From Leucoraja erinacea (lineage: Eukaryota), in assembly GCF_028641065.1 (NCBI RefSeq), contig NC_073387.1, forward strand, positions 38,130,001 to 38,194,000: DNA of 64,000 nt. Direction: 5' to 3'. A program made the position numbers and the translations under genes. Under the pieces are notes generated by a model. That model ran no database searches. It saw only the letters and a list, made by a program, of their open reading frames with translations, and had not been told where the DNA came from. Positions 50,430 through 61,760 of the stretch are shown here, piece after piece. Every line of letters starts with the position of its first letter. Position 1 is the stretch's first letter.

Positions 50430-50929
50430 TTGTGTGCTATTGGCCTCCGTCCGCCAATGTTTCCGGAGGGACACGTGTCGGTAGAAGTGGAGCTCCGAAT
50501 TTTGGCGCGTTCGCATGTCGTAGTTCTAGAACGCGGGCCCGGATCCGGACGCGTTCCATCGGTGCGGAGCCGCCGCCAGCCTGCACCTTCCCTGCACTTG
50601 GCTCAACACCCCCGTCTGCGAAGAGCAGCATTTCACCATCCCTGCCGCTCCGCTCCTCACCTACTTGGCCGAGGTCGACGTAAGGAGGACCCGACAGTCA
50701 CCGAAGAGCCTCGGCTCCCTCCGTCACTGGCGCACTGGCTGGCAAACAAATGCATTAAAATCCAAATCCGGACACGCACAAATGCCTGGTGTGCTTTTCC
50801 AGTCGTAGCGCAAGGACAGGAGCTGTTTTTTTTCTCTCTCTCGGCCTGTAGTTTTATTTTTTGCGTTTCACGAATGTGACTACCCAAAGATCATCTACTT
50901 CCGCACAGGCCTGTATCGCAAAGTGCAAG
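50430..50929. promoter_or_regulatory. FAF2 CpG-rich promoter / 5' region; YY1-type AAGATGGCGGC overlaps the start codon
   Basis: High CpG density. acttccg ETS-like site at about 50897. caagATGGCGGCG. Confidence 0.65.
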
Positions 50930-50995
50930 ATGGCGGCGCCTGGCAATGAAGAGGAACTAACGCAAGACCAGACAGAGAAACTGTTGCAGTTTCAG
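50930..50995 (+). CDS. FAF2: FAF2 (UBXD8) exon 1 (MAAPGNEEELTQDQTEKLLQFQ)
   Basis: Matches FAF2 N-terminus MAAPEE..LTQEQTEKLLQFQ. gtgaat donor. Confidence 0.95.
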
Positions 50996-52757
50996 GTGAA
51001 TTTGTTCATCTAACGTTATACTACTTAAAGTGACACGGGTTGCTTTTGCAGGCCACTTTTTAATTCATTTGTTAGCTTGATTTAATCTTGCCGAAACGTT
51101 GAAGTCTGCACCTGTGGCATTTTTCTGTACTGAACATTTTATGGTAAAGCCCCCCATATGACACGATTTATACCACCCTCATCAGTTTGTCAGTGGCAAA
51201 TTTAGTTCAAAGATCCTAAGCAATGGGAATAGGAGCATCTGAAAAAGTAGCATCAATTTATTTCACCATGAGTACTGAGTAAACATTACCTGGCAACAAA
51301 TGTTAACTGTAATCTATTCAACTTTTATTTTGCGGGACGATAATTGTCTAAAGACGATATTTCCGGACAATGAAAATCATCAAAGGTTCGTCATGGAGCT
51401 GATGCATAACTAGCACGCTGTGCGGTTCTTGTATTGCTACTATAACTTTAATTAAAAATTCTATACATATTCAAAAGCATTCAATTTAGTTCACAGTTTT
51501 AATACTTTTTGTATGTTTTAACCGGCATTTGAATGGAATGAATATGAGAATCAAGCTACAATCCCGGTATATTAAATATTGTTTTAATCTAATTTATTTT
51601 GAACAGTAATACTCATTGGGGATGCCCTGAAAGCAAAAATATTACATGAAGGAGCACTTCAGAAGTGTTTATGGAATTAGTTGGTAAAGCAGATTAAATT
51701 ACATTATGGGGGACTTCAATTGCCTAGGTTTGTATCCAGATCTTAAGTAGTGCTGTGGAAAATCTCATTTGATCTTGTGCATCAAAAAGTGAGAGTCGTG
51801 GATTGCCAATGTAACTGCAGAAGGAGATTTCCGTTACTGGTGGAGGGAATGGTTATGGAGACAGGGCTGTTTTCTGTATATCTTAGGAGAGCACGAAAAT
51901 AATAAGACAATTCTGATAATGTATCAATGTTTCTAAACTGCCAATTGTAAAATATCTTAAGTTTTAATCTTAACGTACATGACACATTCAATGTTCATGT
52001 AGGATAAATAACAGTATTTTCACTTTAAGATGCCCTAATGTAGACGGAAAATATGGGTCTCAACTAAGTGCCAAAAAGGGTGCTTTCTTTTCTCCAGAGA
52101 TACTGCCTGACCCACTGAGTTACTCCAGAATTGTGTGTCTCTTCAGTGTAAACCAGCATCTGCAGTTCCTTCCTACACAAAACATTTAACACTAGTGTTC
52201 ACCAGTTTAAAATTGTGGAAGCTTGGCTACACAGGTAACTTAACAAACAAGTAACCAAAATCTTGGTTAGAGTTAGTTTTCAAGGAGCTTGATGAACCAG
52301 AATTTATGAGGAGGAAGAGGGGAAAGTGAATTTCAGAATTTGGGGTCAATGGCTAAGTGTTAGCTAAGTGTAGCCATTGGTAACAGAGCAGGATTGAAAT
52401 GTGACTGCACAAGATGCTAGAAATGGAGGAGCACATATCTTTAAGCCTTGCAAGGTTGGAGGAGATTAGAGGTCGAAAGTTGCAAGCAAGATTTTAAATT
52501 CAGCTATTGTCTCGAAACATGAGTACAGTAGTCAGCACAAGAGTGAAAGGTGAATAAGTCCAGGTCAAGTTAAGGTATTAATTAACAGCAGTCTTTTAGT
52601 TAATTTAAGATTTTTTTAGAATTAAACCAGAGGTTGGCCAGCAAATCATAAGGGTAACAATAACACAGATAAGTTCTTCTGCAGTGGATGAGTTGAGGTA
52701 AAGTAACAATTGACTATGCCAAGGAGGTGGGTAGAGCTAATTTTGGTCTTGTAGTTA

Positions 52758-54460
52758 TAGTGCCCTCCATAATGTTTCTGACAAAGACCCATCATTTATA
52801 TATTTGTCTCTGTACTCCACAATTTGAGATTTGTAATAGAAAAAAAATCACATGTGGCTAAGTGCACATTGTCAGATTTTAATAAAGGCCATTTTTACAC
52901 ATTTTGGTTTCACCATGTAGAAATTACAGCAGTGTTTACACATCCCAACCCCCCCCCCCCCCCCCCCCCCACCCCATTTCAGGGCACCATAATGTTCGGG
53001 ACACAGCAATGTCATGTAAATGAAAGTACCCGGTAGTCATGTTTAGTATTTTGTTGCACATCCCTTTGCATGCAATGACTGCTTGAAGTCTGCGATTCAT
53101 GCACATCACCAGTTGCTGTGCTTCTTCTCTGGTGATGTTCTGCCAGGCATGTATTGCAGCCATCTTTAGCTTATGCTTGTTTTGGGCGCTAGTCCCCTTC
53201 AGTTTTCTCTTCAGCATATAAAAGGCATGCTCATTGAGTTCAGATCAGGTGATTGACTTGGCCACTCAAGAATTGACCATTGTTTAGCTTTGAAAAACTC
53301 ATTTGTTGCTTTAGCAGTATGTTTGGGATCATTGTCATGCTGTAGAATGAACCGCCGGACAAGTAGGTTTTGAGGCATTTGGTGAACTTGAGCAGGTAGG
53401 ATATGTCTATACACTTCAGAATTCATTATGCTACTACCCTCAGCAGTTGTATCATCAATGAAGATAAGTGAGCCAGTACCTTCAGCAGCATACCCAGGCC
53501 ATAGCACCCCCCACCATCGTGTTTCACAGATGAGATGGTATGCTTTGGATCTTGGGCAGTTCTTTCTCTCCTCCATACTTTGCTCTTGCCATCACTCTGA
53601 CATAAGTTATTCTTTGTCTCATCTGTCCACAAGACCTTTTTCCAGAACTGTGGCTGCTCTTTTAAGTACGTTTTGGCAGACTGTATCCTGGCCATCCTAT
53701 TTTTGCAGCTAACCAGTGGTTTGCATCTTGCAGTGTAGCCTCTATATCTGTTCATGAAGTCTTCTGCAGACACTGGTCATTGACAAATCCACACCTGAAG
53801 AGTGTTTCTGATCTGTCGGACAGGTGTTTGGGGATTTTTCTTTATTATGGAGAGAATTCTTCTGTCATCAGCTGTGGGTGGTCTTCCTTGGCCTGCCAGT
53901 CCCATTATTTTAGTAAGTTTTAGTAAGCTTAGTAAGCTCACCAGTGCTCGCTTTCTTCTTAATGATGTCCCAAACAGATGATTTGGGGAAGCCTAAGGTT
54001 TGCCTGATGTCTCTAACAGTTTTATTCTTGTTTCTTAGTCTTGTAATGGCGTATTTGACGTTCATTGCCACAACTTTGGTCCTCATGATGATAAACAGCA
54101 ATAAAAGTTTCCAAAAGTGATGGAAAGACTGGAGGAAAGACTAGGTGCTGAGAGCTCTCTTATACCTGCATGTAGGATGCAATTAAACACACCTGAGCAA
54201 TTACAAACACATGTGAAGCCATGTGTCCCAAACATTATGGTGCCCTGAAATATGGGGGGGGGGGGGGGGGGAGACTATATATAAACATAGCTCTAATTTC
54301 TACATGGTGAAACCGAAATGTATAAAAATATCCTTTAATAAAATCTGCACGTGTACTTTAACCACCAGTGATTTTTTTCTATTACAAATCTCAAATTGTG
54401 GAGTACAGAGGCAAATAAATAAATGATGGGTCTTTGTCCCAAATGTTATTGAGGGCACTG
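52758..54460 (-). mobile_element. Tc1-family DNA transposon, defective, copy 2
   Basis: TA|tagtgccctccataat...gagggcactg|TA. Catalytic-region motifs VLWTDETK, QHDNDPKH, WPSQSPDLN, split by frameshifts. Confidence 0.93.
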
Positions 54461-54599
54461 TAAGTGGTTGCAAGTTCAACTGTATATGCTTGAACTACAA
54501 ACAAGGCCAGTGTTGCAAATGGTCTTGCCTAATTTCAGATAGTTGCTAGTGAGAGGAAAGTTAAAGGGTCAGGAATTAGAATCTCCACTAAACACTCTT

Positions 54600-56200
54600 C
54601 AAATACCTCAATTTTTATTGTGTGCCCCCTTGTTTAGTCCATTCCCACCACATCCAGGACACCTCGTATGCTTCCCACCATTTCAATAACTTCCATTTCC
54701 TTGGTCCCCATCTCATCATCTTTACCATGGATGTCCAATCTCTGCTCTCTGTCAGAAAGGATGCATGACCTTCTGGTTCTTCGAACAGAGCCAATCAATC
54801 CTCTCAACTAACATTCTCCTGCACCTGGTGGAACATGTCTTTGCCATCAATTTCTCACGATTCCTCTCCCTTGCTACAAGTCAAAGTGTAGCCAGGGGCA
54901 CTTGCATCCTGGCACCATTCCCCAATTCTTTCGCTACATCATCAATTGCCTCCTGTACCCGTCCAGATCTCATTGGTTTCATCAATTGTATTATTAACTT
55001 CCACCCTGTCCTCAAATTCACTTGGAATATCTCTGGCATCTCTGTTCCCTTTCTCGATCTCTATGTCTCCATCATGGGACAGCCTACAGATGTCTACTGT
55101 AAATCCATTAACTTCCACCCTTGCTGCAAAGCCATTCCTTGCTCTCAATCTCTGTCTCCACTGTCAAGATGAGGATTTCCACTGTAGTACATCCGAGATG
55201 CCCTCTACATTCAGCTTCCCCCTTCAGTCGTTGATGGTCCTCACCTATGTCTCCTCTGTTTTCCACAGTTCAGCTCTCCTGGTAATCCCCTGGCCCTTGC
55301 CTTTAACCCACCAGTCTGCGTTCTTCGACATTTCTGTCACCTCCAACATGTTTCCACCACCAGTCGCATCTTCCCATCTCCACACATTTCCATTTTCTAT
55401 ACAGACCACTCTCTCTGCAACTCCTTGGTTTGTTAGACTTTTCCAACCCAAATCGTCCACTCCCCAGGCGCATTCCCCTGATATTCCCCTGTTCTTGTAC
55501 CTTCTCACTTTCTTCCATCCAAGGATCCCAGAAGCCCTTCCAGGTGAAACATAGGTTCATTTTTTTTCTCCTACAACCTCGTCTCTTGCATTAATTGCTC
55601 CAGATGTGGCCTGTACATCATTGAGACGAGGCATAAATTAGGTAACTCTTTTGCCTAACACTTGTGATCTGTCCACCAAGGCCCGCTGGTTCTCCAAATA
55701 CACTGGTTCAAGAAATACGCCCCAACCCCACTCTATTTTTCCCCAGTCTCACCACCCACACACTCCCCCACCTCAGTGCAAGCATATTTATCCCAATACC
55801 TTCCACCATCCCAGTCATCCTGTTCTTTTCCCCTCCTACATACACTCACCACCCATTCCTGAGACCCTAATTTCACTTTCAACCCCATTCTTCCTCCTCT
55901 CCACTTGCTTTATATTTCCCTCCCTTTCCCTATCTGACACCCTTTTGTCTCCTTTACATCTGTTATCTCCACCTGTTTACCAATCACGGTCCCATTCATC
56001 TGTATTACTTGCAGGGTTTGCCCCACTCACCCCTCACTTTTCCAGGTCACCCTCTCCCCACGATTGTGTCAGTCTGCAGAAGGATACTAAAACAGAATGT
56101 CATCTGTCCATCCACTCCCTCCGTAGATGCTGCCTGACCTGCTGAGATTGTTCAGCACTTTTTTTGCCCAAGATTCCAGCATCTGTAGTCTCGTCTCCAG
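54600..56200 (+). mobile_element. Decayed Penelope-like retroelement (RT, GIY-YIG remnants and terminal repeat)
   Basis: FTMDVQSL (about 54721), NFHPVLKFTWNIS..SVPFLDL. About 55570-55640 is homologous to the GIY-YIG region at 2756-2830. Ends agatgctgcctgacctgctgag...cagcatctg. Confidence 0.8.
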
Positions 56201-56546
56201 GAAAATGTTTGTAGTAAAGTCAGAGGGTTTGATTTTTCCTTGTTTAATTGGCAGAAACATCTCTTTATCCAAACTGTCTATTGGATAAGCAGTGGGACTA
56301 ATTAGGGACAACTAAATTAATGATATTAAATAGTTCAGTGAATCAAAGAAGGAACAGAAGATGACTTTTGGATGCAAATAAGAGTTTGCAAGAATAATGT
56401 TTCAAAGAACCAACATAATTAACAATATCAATAACTTGACGAATTGGAGCATATACCGTCCCATTGAAAAATGGAATTGAATGCAATGTTACTATCTGTG
56501 CTGTTTCAATTTAACCTTTTTTTCCTTACGACTTTTTTCATTATAG

Positions 56547-56615
56547 GACTTGACTGGTATTGATTCAATGGACCAATGTCGACGCACACTGGAACAGCAT
56601 CATTGGAATATTGAG
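56547..56615 (+). CDS. FAF2: FAF2 exon 2 (DLTGIDSMDQCRRTLEQHHWNIE; UBA-like domain)
   Basis: ttatag acceptor and gtaaaa donor, 69 nt. Confidence 0.95.
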
Positions 56616-56912
56616 GTAAAAATGAAACGTGTTCTTATTTTATGACTATTTAAAAAAAAAACTATCATTGGCTTTGGATTGATGTTTTCCTTTTAAATGT
56701 AAAATTCTGCCATATGATCTGATGATTCTTTGTTCTGATGCATGAATGTTAATATTGTAGGAGACAATGACATAGTGAACGGTGCATTTGTTATAAGGCT
56801 TGTACTTTATATTGCGTTGGGTGAATAAATCGGTCCCATTCAATGGAATTTTGATGAGTTATTCATAATCTAAAATTTTCTTCCAAACCATCCATCCCAT
56901 TTTATTTTCTAG

Positions 56913-57047
56913 GCAGCTGTTCAGGATAGGCTAAATGAGCAAGAAGGAGTTCCCAGTGTCTTCAATCCACCTTCTTCTCGTCCGCTTCAGGTCCACACAG
57001 CTGACCACAGGGTGTATAGTTATGTAGTTTCAAGGCCACAGCCCAGG
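56913..57047 (+). CDS. FAF2: FAF2 exon 3 (AAVQDRLNEQEGVPSVFNPP...YSYVVSRPQPR)
   Basis: ttttctag acceptor and gtgagt donor, 135 nt. Confidence 0.95.
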
Positions 57048-58113
57048 GTGAGTACATTTTAGTTATTTGATTATTTTAGTTCTATTTAATAATAATCATT
57101 CGATTGAAATTGTATATCAGTTATGTGTTGAGTTTATAATTAAATTTGATTTATTTTGCCGACGGTGCTTGTCCTGTAATCCCATGTTACTAAAATGATG
57201 GATTATTCCTTTTGGTAGTTGAAGATGCATTGAATGTTAATGCTATCTTGTGAACAGCTCATATCTTATTTCTTTGAGTTCTCGTTCAAAGAAATGCTTG
57301 GGAGCGATAGACTAGTAAATTTAACATCTGTGGTAGGAAAGCCATTTTAAGAGAATTTTGAGGGATAAGCTATACATTTGTATACATTCCAGAACCAGGG
57401 GCCACAGTTTAAGAATCCAGAAGCAGGGGCCACAGTTTAAGAATCCAGAACCAGGGACCACAGTTTAAGAATAAGGAGTAAGCCATTTAGAACGGAGACG
57501 AGGAAACACTTTTCCCCCACAGAGAGTGGTGAGTCTGGAATTCTCTGCCTCAGAGGTTGGCGGGTTCTCTGGATGCTTTCAAGAGAGAGTTAGATACGGC
57601 TCTTAAAAATAGCGGAGTCGGTGGATATGGGGAGAAGGCAGGAACGGGTTGCTGATTGGGGATGATCAGCCATGATCACATTGAATGGCGGTGCTGGCTC
57701 GAAGGGCCGAATGGCCTACTCCTGCATCTATTGTTTCGGAAGACCAGTTGAATATGAATAGTCAACATGGTTTTATGTCTGAAGTTATCTTAAGAATTTG
57801 ATTATTTTTAAAGAAGTAAAATGGAAAGTTGATGAAGAGGACTGTGGATGCAGTGTATACAAACTCGAGCAAGGCCTTTGATAGCATTCTGCATAGTAGG
57901 CTGCTCTAGAATGTTAATCACATGAGATCCAGGGAGGGCTAGTTAACTAGATGGCATCAAGGTAGGAAACAGAGGGTAGTTGTAGAAGATTACTTTTCAG
58001 AATAGTTGCCTGTGATGAGTCATGTGCCTCGGGGATTAGGGCTAAGCCCATAGCTGTTTGTCATCTCTAGCAATGATTTGGATGGGAATGTAGAAGGCAT
58101 GATTAGTAAATTG

Positions 58114-58815
58114 GAGACACACGGAATGCAGATGCTGAAATCTTGAGCAAAACACAATGCTGGCTGATCATTCTCTGGAGGGAATGGATGGGGACCTCTT
58201 GGGTTGGGACCCTTTGTCAGGCTGATGGTAGGAGGGTGGAGATAGCTGTAAAAGAGTTGGGAGCAAGATAAAAGTTAGACAAAAAATGCTGGAGAAACTC
58301 AGCGGATGAGACAGTATCAATGGAGAGAAGGATTTGGCGAAGTTTCGTATCGATGCCCCTCTTCAGATTGAATTGGAGCATATACCGTGCCATTGAAAAT
58401 CTGAAGAAGGGTCTCGACCCGAAACGTTGCCAATTCCTTCTCTCCATAGATGCTGCCTCACCCACTGATTCTCCAGCATTTTAATTTTTCCAGTATCTGC
58501 AGTTCTTTCTTAAACACGGGTGCAAGTTAAAGCCTGGCAAGTGAGAGGGGGTGCATTTGAATGACAGATGGGTGGAGAAAATGGCAACGGCTAGATATGA
58601 AAAGGAAAGAAAACAGTGGCAGATAAGAAGAGAAGAAATATGAAGCTAGAGGGAGGCATATATCACGAGGTGGATGTTGTGGGTGGAGGAGGGGTGGGAA
58701 TGTGGAAGAAATGGGTGTACACTGGTGTGGAGAGGAGGCACAGGAAAGAGGAGGGGGAAGGGTGGTTTATTTAAAATTGGAGAATTCAGTGTTCATACCG
58801 TTGGGTTGTAAACTT
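58114..58815 (-). mobile_element. Penelope terminal-repeat fragment with a nested palindromic unit (about 58276-58517)
   Basis: The outer copy parallels 3241-3508. The inner palindrome is flanked by the imperfect direct repeats gggagcaagataaaag / gggtgcaagttaaag. Confidence 0.7.
58401..58428 (+). ncRNA. Minimal type I hammerhead ribozyme core (best-preserved copy)
   Basis: CUGAAGA-A-GGGUC-UC-GACCC-GAAAC-GUU: catalytic boxes CUGANGA and GAAA, helix II, very short palindromic helix III, NUH triplet. Helix I is not clearly formed in this copy. Confidence 0.65.
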
Positions 58816-60000
58816 ACAGATGACACTAAAATAGGTGGTTCCGTAGACAGTGACAATGGTTATCAAGAATTGCAGCAGGATTTTGATTAGCTGGACAAGT
58901 GGGCTGAGGAATGATAAGTGTTTTATTCTGATAAGCATAAGGTGCTGAGTTTTGTGAAGTCAAACCAGGGCAAGACGTTTACAAAGAACAGTGGGGCCTT
59001 CGGGAATGTTTTAAAGCAGAGACATCTAGGATGACAAGTACTTAGTTCCCCAAAAGTGACGTTATGGGTAAATAGGATGGCGACACAGGTTTTTGACACA
59101 TTGCCTTCACCAGTCTAGCAATTGAGTATAGAAGTGTAACAGTTGGTGAGGCCGATTTGTAGTATTTTGTTTAGTTTTGGTCACCCTGTTATAAGAAAGA
59201 TGCCATTCAGTTAGAAAGAGTGCAAAGAAGATTAATGAGGGCGTTCCTATTACTCGAGGGCTTGTGCAATAGGGAGAGGTTGGCCAAACTAGGACTTTAT
59301 TGTTTGGAGTGCTGGAGGCTGAGGGGTGATATAATTGAAGTTGATAAAATTATGAGGGGAATAGAATGCAATCATGAATGCAATCTTTTTTTTCCCAGGG
59401 CAGGGGAAATTGAGAGCTAGAGGGCATAGGTTTAAGGTGAGAGGGGAAAGATTTAATAGGAACCTGAGGGCAACTTTTTCTCACATAGGGTGATGGTGTG
59501 TATGTGGAACGAGCTGTCAGTGGAAATAATTGAGGTAGGTACATTTTGGATGGGTACATGGATAGGAAAGTTTTAGAGGGCCAAACACGAACTGGCTATG
59601 ATGGGGCATTTTGGTTGGCATGGACGAGTTGGGCCCTGAAACCCAGTTCAGTGCTATGTAAGATATATAATTCTGTGACCCTAAATTTATTTAACATATA
59701 GACTTGACAGAACAGGATAAATCTTGACGTTAGTGCTAGTAGATTACTTTGGGTTTGCAAGGACCCTCAGGAAATTAGGTGTTATTGAAGGGCAATTATT
59801 TTACAAGTCAAAAGCCTTGCGTGAATTGCAAAAGCTTTCTTCCATGTATGCAATAGAAGTTTGTGTTCTTTATGGGTTGGCAGACTGTGATGAAGCCACG
59901 TATGTTGAATTATATTGAACTTTCAACGTTTGATATGCCACCAAATGTAGTTTTGTAATTTTATCCATTATGTATTAATGAAACCTGTTCAATTTTTCAG

Positions 60001-60077
60001 GGTCTCTTAGGATGGAGTTATTACTTGATAATGCTTCCATTCCGATTCACCTATTACACGCTACTGGACATTTTTAG
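60001..60077 (+). CDS. FAF2: FAF2 exon 4 (GLLGWSYYLIMLPFRFTYYTLLDIFR; membrane hairpin)
   Basis: tttttcag acceptor and gtagga donor, 77 nt. Confidence 0.95.
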
Positions 60078-60154
60078 GTAGGATACAAAGTGATTTTGTT
60101 TTAAACATAAACATTTGAAAAAGCGATCCTGCGTTTAAACTGTGTTTTGTACAG

Positions 60155-60293
60155 GTTTGCTATACGATTTATTCGGCCAGATCCTCGGAGCCGAGTTACT
60201 GACCCGGTTGGAGATGTAGTTGCATTTGTTCGGAATTTTGAGGAACAATATGGAAGGATCCATCCTGTCTTTTATCAAGGAACGTACAGTCAG
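60155..60293 (+). CDS. FAF2: FAF2 exon 5 (FAIRFIRPDPRSRVTDPVGDVV...HPVFYQGTYSQ)
   Basis: gtacag acceptor and gtttgt donor, 139 nt, after a 77-nt intron. Confidence 0.95.
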
Positions 60294-60679
60294 GTTTGTA
60301 CAAATGTCTGTTTATGTGGGTTCTTAAAATTTTTGCTGGTGAGAGTAATTTGCAGTTATACTCATTTATCTTTTTCTTAGTATATTTCAACATTTTAATT
60401 AAACTTCTATCCACTCTCAGCTCTGCAAACATATTTCCTCATAGTTTTGGTAAACCATGTTGAAGTGCAATTTCTGAATCCACAATTGTCATAATTAATG
60501 TTATTCTACAATTCTTTTAATTTTCATTCATTTTCTTTTTGTATTCCACACAAGAAATCAGTACATGTGCTTAATATCACTGAAAATTAGTGCTCTCTGA
60601 TTGTGTGTTTGATGTGGCATCCATTCTACATCAACATTCTTGTGTTGTTGGAACACTTGAATTGTATCAGCCTTCTGAC

Positions 60680-61252
60680 TAAACAGCTTGTGTAAATTTG
60701 GTGCGTGTGCAGATGTGGTGAAGATGTCGCTATTTAGAGCATACTGCACACCCCTCTACACTGCGCACCTGTGGTCGAACTATTTAAAGACAAGTATGCA
60801 GAGACTAAAGGTGGCATATAACGATGCCATGAGAACACTGCTAAGGCAACCTAGATGGTGTAGTGCCAGTAATATGTTTGTGGCTGCAGGAGTCAGTACT
60901 TTAGAAGCTATCCTAACACACCACATGTATAAATTCATTTGCAGGATAAATGACTCTAAAAATGTGCTTATTGTGGCCTTGACAAACATAAGGGTTAGCA
61001 CTACACGCTACGAATCCCAGTTGTGGAGACACTGGTATCGTTGTCTCGTTGTAGGACATTGATCATCTTTTAATCTGGATTTTTAACTTAAGTATTGTGG
61101 GTTTTTGTTAAATATAAATTATGATGTTTTAAGTGATATACCATGATTTTATATATATTTATGATATTTGATATGCAATGCATTTTTAATGTAATGTTGC
61201 CCCTTGTCTGGACCTTGAGTCTGTAATAAAGTTTATTATTATTATTATTATT
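60680..61252 (+). mobile_element. 5'-truncated LINE 3' end (possibly RTE-X-like), (TTA)n tail
   Basis: Open frame 60688-61062 (SLFRAYCTPLYTAHLWSNY...RLKVAYNDAMR.LL..PRWCSAS.MF). aataaa plus (tta)n. Clade assignment is tentative. Confidence 0.7.
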
Positions 61253-61309
61253 AAACAAAAAGAAGGGCATTTTTTTTTTACAACGGCAGTTTTTGTCTCC
61301 TAATGTGAG

Positions 61310-61760
61310 GTAGGACATTCTTGCTATTGAGGGAGTGCAGGGTAGGTTCACCAGGTTAATTCCTGGGATGGCGGAATTGACATATGAAAGAATGGATGGA
61401 CTGGGCTTGTATTCACTGGAATTTAGAAGGATGAGAGGAGGGATTCTTATAGAACATAACATTATTAAGGGATTGGACAGGCTAGATGCAGGTAAAATGT
61501 TCCCGATGTCGGGGGAGTCCAGGACCAGAAGTCACAGTTTAAGAATAAGGGCTAGGCCATTTAGGACTGAGATGAGAAAAAACCTTTTCACCTAGTGTTG
61601 TAATCTGGAATTCTCTGCCTCAGAAGGCAGTGGAGGACAATTCACTGGATATATTCAGGAGAGAGTTGGATATAGCTCTTGGGGCAAACAGAATTAAGGG
61701 ACATGGGGAGAAAGTAGGAACATGTTACTGGATGATCAACCAGGACCTACTCCTGCAACT
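61310..61760 (+). mobile_element. CR1 3' fragment
   Basis: RFTRLIPGMAELTYERMDGLGLYSLEFRRMRG. Confidence 0.85.

Larger units (their letters stand above)
57296..59660 (+). mobile_element. Old CR1 LINE interrupted by a younger CR1 3' piece (57388-57735) and Penelope repeats (58114-58815)
   Basis: CR1 RT remnants on both sides (attagtaaatt ... acagatgacactaaaataggtgg = ISK..DDTKIGG). 3' UTR at about 59600. Confidence 0.8.

Noticed and set aside
50485-50680. Cluster of restriction-site hexamers (SacI, XbaI, ApaI, BamHI, MluI, SalI) suggesting a vector polylinker; also a possible heat-shock element
   Set aside because: Embedded in a natural CpG-rich promoter with no other vector sequence. TTCtaGAA gives only two of the three units needed for a heat-shock element.
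57388-57471. CRISPR-like 28-bp direct repeats
   Set aside because: No spacers, the sequence is CR1-derived, and the context is eukaryotic with no cas genes.
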